This document shows positions 18,277-27,629 of a DNA stretch of 64,000 bases, piece by piece. Every line of letters starts with the position of its first letter. Position 1 is the first letter of the stretch. The stretch is from Candidatus Woesebacteria bacterium GW2011_GWB1_39_10 (GTDB taxonomy: Bacteria > Patescibacteriota > Microgenomatia > UBA8517): assembly GCA_000993205.1 (NCBI GenBank), contig LBVU01000002.1, positions 117,079 through 181,078 of the forward strand. The letters are read 5' to 3'. Made by a program: the position numbers and the translations under genes. The notes beneath the pieces are model-generated. The model was not told the DNA's origin. It ran no database searches and saw nothing but the letters and a program-made list of their open reading frames with translations.

Positions 18277-18882
18277 CTATAGTTCGCGGCGGCCTTCTAA
18301 GGCTTGGGTCAGAGTTGTCTCATCAGCATATTCTAAATCTGCTCCCGTTGGAATCCCCATCCCCAGGCGCGTAATTTTTAATTTTAAATTATTAATTTTT
18401 AATTGCTTGCCGAGGTACATGGCGGTAGCATTCCCTTCCATTGTGGGGTTTGTAGCAATAATTAGTTCAGATACTGGATACTCGATACTAGATACTCGCT
18501 TCAGTAAATCGTCAATATATAGTTCATCCGGGCCTATATTTTCCAATGGATTAATCGCCCCATGAAGAACATGATAAACACCTTTAAAATGAGTTCTTTC
18601 GAACGCAAGAATATCTAGGGGTTGCTCTACTACCATCACTAACGATTTGTCCCGCATCGGGTCTGTGCAAATCGGACAAGGGTCGTCCTCACTAATATTT
18701 TTGCAAATTGAACAAAGTTTTGTGTTTTTCTTCAAATTTAGGATTGAATCGGCAAACTCATCGAGTTGGACTTGAGGAACATGCAAAAGATAATAAGTAA
18801 GGCGCTGAGCGCTTTTTGGCCCGATACCAGGAAGCTTGCTAAAAGATTCAATTAGAGCGGTAATGGGACGAGCTATTTTCAT
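18277..18882 (-). CDS. recR: recombination protein RecR
   Basis: C4 zinc finger CSICKNISEDDPCPIC and Toprim LIIATNPTMEGNATAMYL; dnaX-ybaB-recR context. Confidence 0.92.
   Translation of the reverse strand: MKIARPITALIESFSKLPGIGPKSAQRLTYYLLHVPQVQLDEFADSILNLKKNTKLCSICKNISEDDPCPICTDPMRDKSLVMVVEQPLDILAFERTHFKGVYHVLHGAINPLENIGPDELYIDDLLKRVSSIEYPVSELIIATNPTMEGNATAMYLGKQLKINNLKLKITRLGMGIPTGADLEYADETTLTQALEGRREL
18470..18498. repeat. GATACT(G/C/A) heptamer tandem x4 in frame inside recR
   Basis: gatactggatactcgatactagatactcg; encodes ...SSIEYPVSE... Confidence 0.75.
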
Positions 18883-18905
18883 AACATCATCGTGTCGTTC
18901 TAGAC

Positions 18906-18962
18906 CTTGTCATTCTGGAGTCCCGCCCTGCGGGACGATAGAATCTTATTAGTATAGAATCT
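18906..18962. mobile_element. MITE-like palindromic intergenic element, copy A (inverse orientation, core about 45 bp)
   Basis: cttgtcattctggagtcccgccctgcgggacgatagaatctta is the reverse complement of 41148-41192. Confidence 0.6.
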
Positions 18963-18966
18963 AACT

Positions 18967-19263
18967 ATGATATCAAAAAGTTACTATATATACATCCTCA
19001 CTAATAAATATAACAAAGTCTTATATATTGGTGTCACAAACGACCTGATTAGAAGAGTTTATGAGCACAAAAAACATTTTATTGAAGGCTTCACTCAAAA
19101 ATATCATGTCGACAAATTGGTTTATTACGAGATGTTTGACGATCCTCTAACAGCAATTAAAAGAGAAAAAACTCTAAAAAATTTGTTAAGGAGAAAAAAG
19201 GAAGAACTAATAAACAAAATGAATCCTATGTGGAAAGACTTATATGAAGAAATCTTGAGTTGA
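18967..19263 (+). CDS. GIY-YIG domain nuclease-like protein (98 aa)
   Basis: YYIYILTNKYNKVLYIGVTNDLIRRVYEHK is a canonical GIY-YIG motif. Confidence 0.8.
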   Translation: MISKSYYIYILTNKYNKVLYIGVTNDLIRRVYEHKKHFIEGFTQKYHVDKLVYYEMFDDPLTAIKREKTLKNLLRRKKEELINKMNPMWKDLYEEILS

Positions 19264-19264
19264 T

Positions 19265-19331
19265 AAGATCCTATCGGCCTTCGGGCCTCCAGGATGACAA
19301 TTGGCCTCCAGGATGACATCCTCAGGATGAC
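19265..19331. mobile_element. MITE-like palindromic intergenic element, copy E (with internal duplication of the CTCCAGGATGACA end)
   Basis: agatcctatcggccttcgggcctccaggatgacaattggcctccaggatgacatcctcaggatgac; same architecture as 41108-41192. Confidence 0.55.
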
Positions 19332-19618
19332 TATTTTCCCAATCCCCCCAGAAGCCCTCCCAAACCCCCGCCCATTTCCATCATTTTCTTAGCAGATTCT
19401 TTTTGCACCCTCTTCATTGCTTCGTTTATCAAATCAACCAACTCCTGCAAATCTTCACCATCTTTTTTGATATAGCGGATTTTCTGATCCCCTGTAACGG
19501 AAACGGTCCAGCCCTTTTTTTCCAAAGTTTCAATTATTTTTTCAAGTTCCTTCTGAAGTTCTGCGGCCTTTTTCCGCATTTCGTTGAGTTGTCCCAGTTG
19601 TTTAAATTTGTCAAACAT
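19331..19618 (-). CDS. ybaB: nucleoid-associated protein YbaB/EbfC (start taken at MFDKFKQ)
   Basis: Size, DNA-binding central region, gly-rich C-terminus; located between dnaX and recR. Confidence 0.8.
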   Translation of the reverse strand: MFDKFKQLGQLNEMRKKAAELQKELEKIIETLEKKGWTVSVTGDQKIRYIKKDGEDLQELVDLINEAMKRVQKESAKKMMEMGGGLGGLLGGLGK

Positions 19619-19619
19619 A

Positions 19620-21062
19620 TTAATTCCCAAATATCTCTTCTGCAACCTTGATTATATCCTTATCCTTTCCTTCAGTCAAAATTGGTTCAATTTTTGTCTC
19701 TTCAATTATTTTTTTAGCCGGAGGCTCAACCAATGTACAAACGACTCTCGTGGGCGACTGTAAAACTCTGGCAACTATATTCTCTAAAACCTGTCTGTGC
19801 TGTGTATCTTCCAAGCGTTCTTTATGAAATTTGTAATAAACTCCCAAGGTCAGAGTTTTACCATCATAAGCCACTGGGCGAGCAGCCCGAAGTAACGCTT
19901 CGATTGAGGCATTTATTGGTTTTATTGAAGACAAAATAGTATTCCAAATCTCTCCTTCAACCTCCATATTTTCGACAGCCGCCTCAACTGTTTCTACAAC
20001 TTCCTCGACAGAAGTCTTGTCTCCCATGTCCCCACTCTTAGTTATCAGTTCTTCGTTCTTAGTTTCACCTCCACACCATTTTATTACGGCGATCTCGAGT
20101 GGTAATTCTTCGATAGGCGAGTCGGGTACTTGTCGGTTGGCCTCAATCAGGAGTTCTGCCAAAACTATCAGTTCGCGATTTTCTGAAATATCCAAGATAA
20201 TATTTTTGTGTATTTCAATTAGAGCCTGCTTAAGTATTCCTTCGGCACCCGCACCTGCCTCAACTGCGTTCTTAATGTAATTAAGGGCATTATGCAGATT
20301 TTTCTTGTATAGAAAACCGACAAACTCATCTACCCCCTGCGCTTTGCCTTTTTCCAAAAAATTATTACCTTCAACACTAACCTGCTCTAAAAGCTTTACC
20401 GCGTCCCTAAACGATCCGTTGGCGGCGCCGGCGATATCTTCCAAAGTTTTTGGATCAAAATCGAGTTTTTCCCCTTTAATCACACGTGTTAAAGATTGCC
20501 GGATTTCTTCAGAGCTTGCTTTCCTGAACCTGATAAATGTTGTCCTCGACCGGATTGTATCAATAAGTTTTTCCGGATTTGTTGTTGCTAAAATAAAAAC
20601 TACGTGTTCCGGGGGTTCCTCAATGGTTTTGAGAAGTGCATTACTGGCCTCAGTTGTTAACATGTGAGCCTCATCAATAATATATACTTTTTTATTCGCT
20701 TTTACCGGGGAGAGTTTGACGACGTCTCTTAGTGTTCTTACATCATCAATTCCACGGTGAGAAGCGGCATCCATTTCAATTACATCCAAATTATTACCTT
20801 TTGTTACGGAAACACATTGTTCACACTTATCACAAGGTTCATAGCTTTTCACTTTTAGCTTTTCACTTTTAGCTATCTCCTCACAGTTTATTATCTTTGC
20901 CATTATTCTCGCCGCGGAAGTTTTGCCTGTCCCTTTTGGCCCGGCGAATAAGAAAGCATGAGGAATTTTGCCCGAACTTACGATCTTTTTTAATGACTCA
21001 CGAACCTCAGGCAAGTCAAGTTCATCTAAATTATTTGAACGGTATTTTAGATAGAGAGTCAT
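19620..21062 (-). CDS. dnaX: DNA polymerase III subunit gamma/tau
   Basis: AAA+ Walker A GPKGTGKTSAARI, zinc module CEEIA..CDKCEQC; contains in-frame KSEKLKVKS insertion. Confidence 0.92.
   Translation of the reverse strand: MTLYLKYRSNNLDELDLPEVRESLKKIVSSGKIPHAFLFAGPKGTGKTSAARIMAKIINCEEIAKSEKLKVKSYEPCDKCEQCVSVTKGNNLDVIEMDAASHRGIDDVRTLRDVVKLSPVKANKKVYIIDEAHMLTTEASNALLKTIEEPPEHVVFILATTNPEKLIDTIRSRTTFIRFRKASSEEIRQSLTRVIKGEKLDFDPKTLEDIAGAANGSFRDAVKLLEQVSVEGNNFLEKGKAQGVDEFVGFLYKKNLHNALNYIKNAVEAGAGAEGILKQALIEIHKNIILDISENRELIVLAELLIEANRQVPDSPIEELPLEIAVIKWCGGETKNEELITKSGDMGDKTSVEEVVETVEAAVENMEVEGEIWNTILSSIKPINASIEALLRAARPVAYDGKTLTLGVYYKFHKERLEDTQHRQVLENIVARVLQSPTRVVCTLVEPPAKKIIEETKIEPILTEGKDKDIIKVAEEIFGN
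20843..20873. repeat. Tandem repeat (CTTTTCACTTTTAG)x2 inside dnaX, reverse complement of the AAAGTGAAAAG family
   Basis: agcttttcacttttagcttttcacttttagc; encodes AKSEKLKVKS in dnaX. Confidence 0.75.
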
Positions 21063-21172
21063 AAAACTAATTAAAAACTAATAACTTAGATCTAAAAATC
21101 ATAACTTAAATCTTAAAACTTTTGTTTTTTGTCTTTAGATAGGGTTATTAGTTATTAACTTTTAGATATTAA

Positions 21173-21562
21173 TTAATCATCTTCGTGGTGTATACCAAGA
21201 AGATGATTTGCTCCGTGTTCAGCCAGTTCGTAAACCCTTTCGTCGATTAAAATATTTTCTTCTTTTGCTTCCTTAAGCGCTTCGGGATAACAAATAATTA
21301 CCTCCCCAAGATGTATAGTTGCATCCGGGGGGTATACGAACCCTTTTACTTCAGTTGGAGTAAAGGAAAGAACATTGTGAAGTTTCCGATCTTTAAGATA
21401 TTTTTTGCCAATCTCCGACATTTTGGCCTCTCCCACAATGGCTACCGAAATTTCAGCGTCAGAAACTATACCATTTTTAGCCAAAAAATCGGCTAGTTTT
21501 TTCTTAATAACCGTTGCCTTAACGGGATAATTTGACTGTTTCGTAACGAAGACTCGAATCAT
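21173..21562 (-). CDS. ybeY: rRNA maturation endoribonuclease YbeY
   Basis: HGANHLLGIHHEDD metal-binding H..H.....H motif. Confidence 0.8.
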   Translation of the reverse strand: MIRVFVTKQSNYPVKATVIKKKLADFLAKNGIVSDAEISVAIVGEAKMSEIGKKYLKDRKLHNVLSFTPTEVKGFVYPPDATIHLGEVIICYPEALKEAKEENILIDERVYELAEHGANHLLGIHHEDD

Positions 21563-21996
21563 GATAATTTGTTTTTGACCAGTTCTGCAATTTTTCCTCC
21601 TTCAACACTTGGGGCCTTGGCCTTGACCGCCCCGATTACTTTTCCAAGGTCAGAAATTGTTTTAGCCCCCAACTGACTTATTGAATCACTGATTAGCTGA
21701 TTTAGCTCCTCCTCCCCCATCTCCGGAGGTAGAAATTCCTGAAGTATGGTTAGTTCCAATTTTTCCGATTCAACCAAATCGGACCTCCCCGCCTTTTCAT
21801 ATGCGTCGATGGAATCTTTTCTTTGTTTGGCCTGTTTACGAATTACGTTTAATTCTTCATTATCCGTTAAATCATGTTGTTTCGCGATTTTTTCATAGTT
21901 AAAAGAGCTAGAAAGCAGTTTAAGAGTCGAAAGCCGCACCGTATCGTGCGCCTTCATCGCGTCTGCTATTAATTTAGTAATATTTTCAGTCAGCAT
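21559..21996 (-). CDS. GatB/YqeY domain protein
   Basis: Sequence pattern KQAKQRKDSIDAYEKAGRSDLVESEKLELTILQEFLP typical of YqeY. Confidence 0.75.
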   Translation of the reverse strand: MLTENITKLIADAMKAHDTVRLSTLKLLSSSFNYEKIAKQHDLTDNEELNVIRKQAKQRKDSIDAYEKAGRSDLVESEKLELTILQEFLPPEMGEEELNQLISDSISQLGAKTISDLGKVIGAVKAKAPSVEGGKIAELVKNKLS

Positions 21997-22000
21997 TTTG

Positions 22001-22396
22001 TTATTTTGTAGCGGATTTTATTTTATCTGCAATTTCCGACATTTCCTCAGGTTTAAAACTTTTACGTCTCGAGGTGTTGATAAACGCCTCTTTTTCATAA
22101 ATAGGAACTACCCAAATGTGAGCATGACGGACATCCATTCCGTGAGTCAAAAATTCCACCATCGGAGCCCCCAACGCCTTCATCGCACCCATCGCCACAT
22201 TCCTGGCAACCTCCCAATACCCCCCAAAATTGGGAACATCCCATGTCCATCGAAAATGCTCCTTCGGAATCACTTGGATGTGTCCTTTATTAAGGGGTGA
22301 AATATCTAAAAAGGCCACAAAATCGGCATCTTCGTACACTTTGTACGAAGGAATCTCCCCATTAACAATTTTACAAAAAACACAGTCAGAATTCAT
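22001..22396 (-). CDS. HIT-family (histidine triad) nucleotide hydrolase
   Basis: Histidine triad HAHIWVVP near C-terminus; N-terminal CVFCKI. Confidence 0.8.
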   Translation of the reverse strand: MNSDCVFCKIVNGEIPSYKVYEDADFVAFLDISPLNKGHIQVIPKEHFRWTWDVPNFGGYWEVARNVAMGAMKALGAPMVEFLTHGMDVRHAHIWVVPIYEKEAFINTSRRKSFKPEEMSEIADKIKSATK

Positions 22397-22503
22397 AGCC
22401 GAACCAGTATATCCATTTTCACGGAGTACAACAAGAGATCAAACTATCCCGATTACTTCAATACTATATAGTATTGAAGTATTTGAGCACAAATCTGAAT
22501 TAG

Positions 22504-23715
22504 TTATTCTTGAAGCCTTCGGGCCACTTCCTCAAAACTTAAAAGTTCAGATTTATCAGATGTTCTTTCCTTGTGTTCAATTTTATCACCAGTCTTGTCC
22601 GAAACCACAAGTCTAACCGGAATTCCAATTAAATCGATATCTCCAAATTTTTCCCCAGCAGAGACATCTCTATCATCCCACAACACATCAAATCCCATCT
22701 GTTTTAATTTATCATAAATTTTTTCAGCTTTTCCTTCTCCGCTATCGCTTTTTAACTCAACCAGATGAACATCGTATGGCGCAATTTGTTTACTCCAAAT
22801 AATCCCTTTATCATCATGCGAAACTTCCACCCATGTTCCCATTACACGAGTCGGGCCAATTCCGTAGCTTCCAAACCAGATTGGCTTCTTGCCACCGTCA
22901 CGGTCTGTAAAGTACGCCCTCATTCTTTCCGAATAAAAAGTTCCAAGAGGAAAAATATTTCCGACTTCAATAGACTTTGCGCTTTTGTATTCCGCTTTAT
23001 CCCCCTCCATCACTTCTTCATTAACGGCCTCTTCGTCCCCTTCTTTCCAATAAATTGTATCCTCACCAACGTCACTTAGAACCTGAAATTCGTGGGTAAA
23101 TTTATCTGTAAATACCCCACCCGACGCTTTGGCAATTTTAAAATTGAAGCCCAAGCGGGTAAAAATCTTAGAATAAGCTACTTTAACTTTTTCGTAATAT
23201 TCCATTAAATCCACTTCATTTGCATGAGCGGAGTACAAATCTTTCATCATGAATTCCCTACCCCTTAAAATTCCGCTTTTGGCGCGTAGCTCGTTTCTAA
23301 ACTTAGTTGAGAAGTGGTAAATAGAAACAGGAAGATCTTTATAGCTACTTATGGTTTTCCTCAAAAGATCCATAACTATTTCTTCGTGAGTAAAAGAGAG
23401 GGCGTATTCTTTGTCTCTTGAATCTTTAAGCTTATACATTATTTCGTCTGCCTTATCCCACCTTCCTGTTTCGTTCCAAATAGTTTTTGGGTGAAGTAGC
23501 GGCATGAGCATCTCCTGCCCCCCGACAGCATTAATTTCTTCCCTGATTATTTGGTTAATTTTTTGCACAACCTTAAAACCCATCGGAAGAAGTGTCCAAC
23601 TACCCGCCATAAGTTGATCCATAAACCCTGCACGAACCAGGAGTTTATGATTAATGCTTTCCGCGTCCTTTGGCGCTTCTTTTTTAGTTTTTGGGAAAAG
23701 TTGAGATTGCCTCAC
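22504..23715 (-). CDS. proS: proline--tRNA ligase (short form without editing domain)
   Basis: N-terminus MRQSQLFPKTKKEAPKDAESINHKLLVRAGFMDQLMAGSWTLLPMG parallels bacterial ProRS. Confidence 0.8.
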   Translation of the reverse strand: MRQSQLFPKTKKEAPKDAESINHKLLVRAGFMDQLMAGSWTLLPMGFKVVQKINQIIREEINAVGGQEMLMPLLHPKTIWNETGRWDKADEIMYKLKDSRDKEYALSFTHEEIVMDLLRKTISSYKDLPVSIYHFSTKFRNELRAKSGILRGREFMMKDLYSAHANEVDLMEYYEKVKVAYSKIFTRLGFNFKIAKASGGVFTDKFTHEFQVLSDVGEDTIYWKEGDEEAVNEEVMEGDKAEYKSAKSIEVGNIFPLGTFYSERMRAYFTDRDGGKKPIWFGSYGIGPTRVMGTWVEVSHDDKGIIWSKQIAPYDVHLVELKSDSGEGKAEKIYDKLKQMGFDVLWDDRDVSAGEKFGDIDLIGIPVRLVVSDKTGDKIEHKERTSDKSELLSFEEVARRLQE

Positions 23716-23735
23716 AGGAGTTATTTTACTATATA

Positions 23736-24824
23736 TTACTTAACAATGCTTTTCAGGAATCCGTCTATACTTCCTGCTATCACCAGCCTCCGAATATCTC
23801 CTACCGTGATTAAAAGAATAAGTGCTAAAAGAATTATCATTCCGATTGTATGAACTATTGCCTCCACCTTAGGGATAATTTTTTTACCGATGATCGTTTC
23901 TATCACGATAAACAGCAGACGCCCGCCATCCAACGCCGGAAAAGGAAGAATGTTTAAAATGGCCAAATTTACGGACAAAACTCCGACAAAATTAATTAAC
24001 GTTATGATTCCATTTTTTGCAGCCTCGGTTGTCACTGCAAATATCCCTACCGGCCCGCTAACGTCCGTCGGGACGTCTCCTTGCCATAAGCCATAAGCCA
24101 TATGCCATAAACCAGACAGTATTGTTCGTCCCCAGAAAAACGCGTCTTTAAATCCGTAATAAATTCCGTAAAAAGGTCTCTGCCAAACAGGTGGAAAATA
24201 AATTTCAGTTGAGGTGATGGTTACACCTAAAGGCCCCTCTCCGGCAGGCGGACTAACCCTTGGGGTTACGGTAATCTTACCTTTTTCGGTCTCAATAATA
24301 ACTTTTTGCCCTTTTTTGGCATCAACATTTTTTATAAAGCTATTAACATCGGTTACATCTTTTCCGTCAACTTTATTGATAACATCCCCCACAACCAGAC
24401 CGGACGAAATCGCCGGAGAATTTGCGGAAATATCTACTACTTTTATTTGATGGGTGTCTTTTGGAATTCCGGTAAATGAGTAAACTATAGCAAAAGCAAC
24501 AACGGCCAAAGCGAAATTCATGATGACTCCGGCAACAACAACGGAAGTTCTCACACTTTTGCTTTTATTAAGAAAGGCGCGTTTGGGATCGGTAATTCCA
24601 CCTTCCTCTTGTTCGCCATGAAGGCGGACAAATCCACCGAAAGGAAGAGCGTTTACAGAATAAATTGTTTCCCCTATTTTTTTGCCAAATAAACGGGGGG
24701 GGAGTCCAAAACCAAATTCCTCGACCCAAATTCCGGCACGCCTGGCCATTACAAAATGGCCAAGTTCATGAACTAAGATTAGGACTGAGAGGACAAGGAG
24801 AAAAATTAATATCGAAACAAGCAT
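23736..24824 (-). CDS. rseP: RIP zinc metalloprotease RseP (M50 site-2 protease with PDZ)
   Basis: HELGHFVMAR zinc motif, PDZ segment, multiple TM helices; contains in-frame (GCCATAA) repeat. Confidence 0.88.
   Translation of the reverse strand: MLVSILIFLLVLSVLILVHELGHFVMARRAGIWVEEFGFGLPPRLFGKKIGETIYSVNALPFGGFVRLHGEQEEGGITDPKRAFLNKSKSVRTSVVVAGVIMNFALAVVAFAIVYSFTGIPKDTHQIKVVDISANSPAISSGLVVGDVINKVDGKDVTDVNSFIKNVDAKKGQKVIIETEKGKITVTPRVSPPAGEGPLGVTITSTEIYFPPVWQRPFYGIYYGFKDAFFWGRTILSGLWHMAYGLWQGDVPTDVSGPVGIFAVTTEAAKNGIITLINFVGVLSVNLAILNILPFPALDGGRLLFIVIETIIGKKIIPKVEAIVHTIGMIILLALILLITVGDIRRLVIAGSIDGFLKSIVK
24083..24113. repeat. Tandem repeat (GCCATAA)x3-4 in frame inside rseP
   Basis: gccataagccataagccatatgccataaacc; encodes repeated (M)AYGLW. 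Confidence 0.7.
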
Positions 24825-24914
24825 GAATAAAAGTATATCGTATATTGAATATCGTATGAAGGGTTAAAAACGTTGGATCGCGCTTCGACCTGCCTGAAGT
24901 GGATTTTGTGTAAA

Positions 24915-26405
24915 CTAAGGATAAAAATCAGATTTTTTAGCACCTCTAGGGTAAGAGGATGTGTCAAATCTGACCTTGTTGACTACAAAATCCCTATTTA
25001 AAACCTTACCATTGAATGTCAATTTGCCCAATATACTTTTTGCTATAGCATCTGTGGTTCCAGCGTAAATATATGCCCCACCCTCGCCACCAAAACGAAT
25101 ACCGTTAGGTTTATCCGAGTTTTTTGTCTGGAAAAGTTCAGCACCATCAAATATTCTGCAAAAATCTTCAAGAGTGAGGGAAGCACTTTTTACTTCGTTA
25201 GGTGTTCCGCTACTTTCAGATATTCCCACTGAGTCAACTAATCCTCGTTGGATGCCAAATGCCCATTCAAAAACCTTTCCCGATTTGGCAATCCGCACAA
25301 ACCTGACGGCCTCTCTAACCACAGCCGGAGAACTTTTTTCCAACTCGTCCTCGTTAATTTTTAGTCCACAACCCTCACTCTTTTTCTCTTTTTTCTCCTG
25401 CTTGGGTCTTTGCCTGTGTTCAACTGCAAAACTTTGACCCCTAAAGACCTCTGTTCCAATTTTTAGATGCTTAAGAACATCCATAACTGCCTCACGATCA
25501 TCGGCAGATTTAGGTCGAGCTATTTGTAAATTAATTCCTGCTTTTCGTAAAACATAATTAAAATCGTCAACATTCACAGAAAGCTGTGTTGGTCTTTTTG
25601 CTTGCTCCTTCCTTCTACCCAATTGATAAGAATACTTTTGAGTAAAATCTTCTGACATTGCTTTTAACGGCCTTGGGGGTTCTGCAATTTTATCACTAAC
25701 AAAAACTATTCTGTCATCTTCGGGTCTACTGGCAATGATATAACCCACTCCGGCGTTGGGGTCATCCCAAACACGCCTCAGTTCCAAATAATGGTCACTA
25801 ATTGGATTGCCCTCATCAACAAATGGTTGCCTATCGGTGCGCGAGGCTGGTTGACGGGAAAGCATAGAGGGGGTTCTTACTTCGGCTGTTTTTTTATTTG
25901 CCCACCAACGTCCACCACTTACATTACTTAATTTTGAAAAATCTAATGTATAATTCCCATCACTGTCGGGTCCTACTCCATCGACCTCAGCATTCCCATT
26001 TTTTTCTTCTAAATCTTGCCCATCCAACCATTTTGAAAACTCCGCTTTAAGCTCTTCTTCGTCTACATCTTCATACGGAATTAAACCCACAGGTTTTCCT
26101 CTTTCATCTAAAGGGAGTGAATAACCATTTGCGGGAACAAACTCGTTAACATAACGAGCGCGAAGCTCCGGGTCTACTTCACCTGGCCGGTCAAAAAGCA
26201 TGTCTACTGCATCGGTCTTGCCCATGTCACCAATATATTTCTTCTTATCGGGGTTTCCGTGCGGCCAAGCATTACTACCCTTCTCGTACATTTCTTCCAA
26301 TTCTTCTGGTTCTTTTACCGTATCTATACTACCTTTCACACCACTTTCCAGCAACACATCGTAAGCACTACCTGAAGGATACGGATGAAACGGTCTGTCT
26401 GCCAT
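24915..26405 (-). CDS. hypothetical acidic protein (496 aa), no recognisable domain
   Basis: Uninterrupted 1.5-kb ORF between rseP and frr. Confidence 0.5.
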   Translation of the reverse strand: MADRPFHPYPSGSAYDVLLESGVKGSIDTVKEPEELEEMYEKGSNAWPHGNPDKKKYIGDMGKTDAVDMLFDRPGEVDPELRARYVNEFVPANGYSLPLDERGKPVGLIPYEDVDEEELKAEFSKWLDGQDLEEKNGNAEVDGVGPDSDGNYTLDFSKLSNVSGGRWWANKKTAEVRTPSMLSRQPASRTDRQPFVDEGNPISDHYLELRRVWDDPNAGVGYIIASRPEDDRIVFVSDKIAEPPRPLKAMSEDFTQKYSYQLGRRKEQAKRPTQLSVNVDDFNYVLRKAGINLQIARPKSADDREAVMDVLKHLKIGTEVFRGQSFAVEHRQRPKQEKKEKKSEGCGLKINEDELEKSSPAVVREAVRFVRIAKSGKVFEWAFGIQRGLVDSVGISESSGTPNEVKSASLTLEDFCRIFDGAELFQTKNSDKPNGIRFGGEGGAYIYAGTTDAIAKSILGKLTFNGKVLNRDFVVNKVRFDTSSYPRGAKKSDFYP

Positions 26406-26450
26406 AACTTAAATATAGTCTACTTGGAAACTATTAATCAAGAGGTTAAT

Positions 26451-27005
26451 TTATATTTGGAGCAACTCAGCTTTTTTCTTTTCCCCCATCTCCTCTATTT
26501 TTGCAATAAAGGAATCTGTTATTTCCTGAAGTTTCTTTTCACTGCCAAACTTTTCATCCTCTGTAATTTCCTTTTCCTCAAATTTCTTTTTAATTTCGTG
26601 CATTTCGTCGGCGCGGACTTGCCTGATCATTACCTTGCCGTTTTCTAATTTAACGGAAAGGAGTTTTACATATTTTTCCCGGTCTTCAGTTGTTAAGGGC
26701 TGTATGACTATTCGAAGAATTTCCCCGTCGATAGAAGGATTCATACCTATGTTTGCCTCTAATATTCCCTTACGGATATCCCCGATTATGGACTTATCCC
26801 AAGGGTTAATTACAATAGAAGTTGGGTCGGGTGAGGTAATACTGGCCACCTCCATTACTCTAAGGCGTTGTGTTCCACCGTATGCAGGAACAATAATATT
26901 TTCTACAAGGGATGGTGTTGCGCGGCCAGTACGGACACCGGCAATATCCGAGGCAATAGAGTCCACCGATCCTTGCATCTTGTCTCTTATTGAAGATTCA
27001 TCCAT
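26451..27005 (-). CDS. frr: ribosome recycling factor
   Basis: Typical RRF sequence RTGRATPSLVENIIV; frr-tsf-rpsB neighbourhood. Confidence 0.92.
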   Translation of the reverse strand: MDESSIRDKMQGSVDSIASDIAGVRTGRATPSLVENIIVPAYGGTQRLRVMEVASITSPDPTSIVINPWDKSIIGDIRKGILEANIGMNPSIDGEILRIVIQPLTTEDREKYVKLLSVKLENGKVMIRQVRADEMHEIKKKFEEKEITEDEKFGSEKKLQEITDSFIAKIEEMGEKKKAELLQI

Positions 27006-27084
27006 TTAATAAATTCCCAATTATTCTAATTGATCTAATTATTTTAATCAAATCCCAATTAGAAATTAGGTTAATTAGAGCAAT

Positions 27085-27537
27085 TTATCGGCCAAGCTCT
27101 ATCCGATAGACACGGCCGATTTTGATATTTTCTCCGGTCTTGGCAATAACTTCTTTAACAAGATCCGAAATTTTCTTTGACGGGTCTTTTATAAAATCCT
27201 GTTTTTCTAAATCGGCTTCCCCCATTGAAGCGGCCTGCATGGCGATTTCGCGGCCCAGGTTTTCAAAAAGCTCGTTTTTGGCAACAAAATCAGTCTCACA
27301 AAGAAGTTCGACTACTCCGACGACTTTTCCTGTGTGGTGGGTGTAAACAAAAATCTTTCCTTGTGAAGTGGCTCTTCCTTCTCTTTTTTCTGCTTTGGCC
27401 AATCCTTCTTTCTTGAGAATTACCAAAGCTTCCTTCTCATTACCTTTTACATCCTCCAAAACTTCGCGGATACGAATAAAAGCAACCCCTGTTTCTTCAC
27501 GAAGTTTTTTGATAAGTTCTATGTTGATTTTAGACAT
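27085..27537 (-). CDS. tsf: elongation factor Ts (short form)
   Basis: N-terminal UBA-like LIKKLREETGVAFIRIREVLEDVKGNEKEAL and dimerisation region. Confidence 0.88.
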   Translation of the reverse strand: MSKINIELIKKLREETGVAFIRIREVLEDVKGNEKEALVILKKEGLAKAEKREGRATSQGKIFVYTHHTGKVVGVVELLCETDFVAKNELFENLGREIAMQAASMGEADLEKQDFIKDPSKKISDLVKEVIAKTGENIKIGRVYRIELGR

Positions 27538-27629
27538 CTTGGTAATTAATAACTGAGAATTAATATCTAATAACTCGAATTAAAAACTTAAAGCAATCTC
27601 GGTTTTTAGATTTAAGATATGGTTATTAG

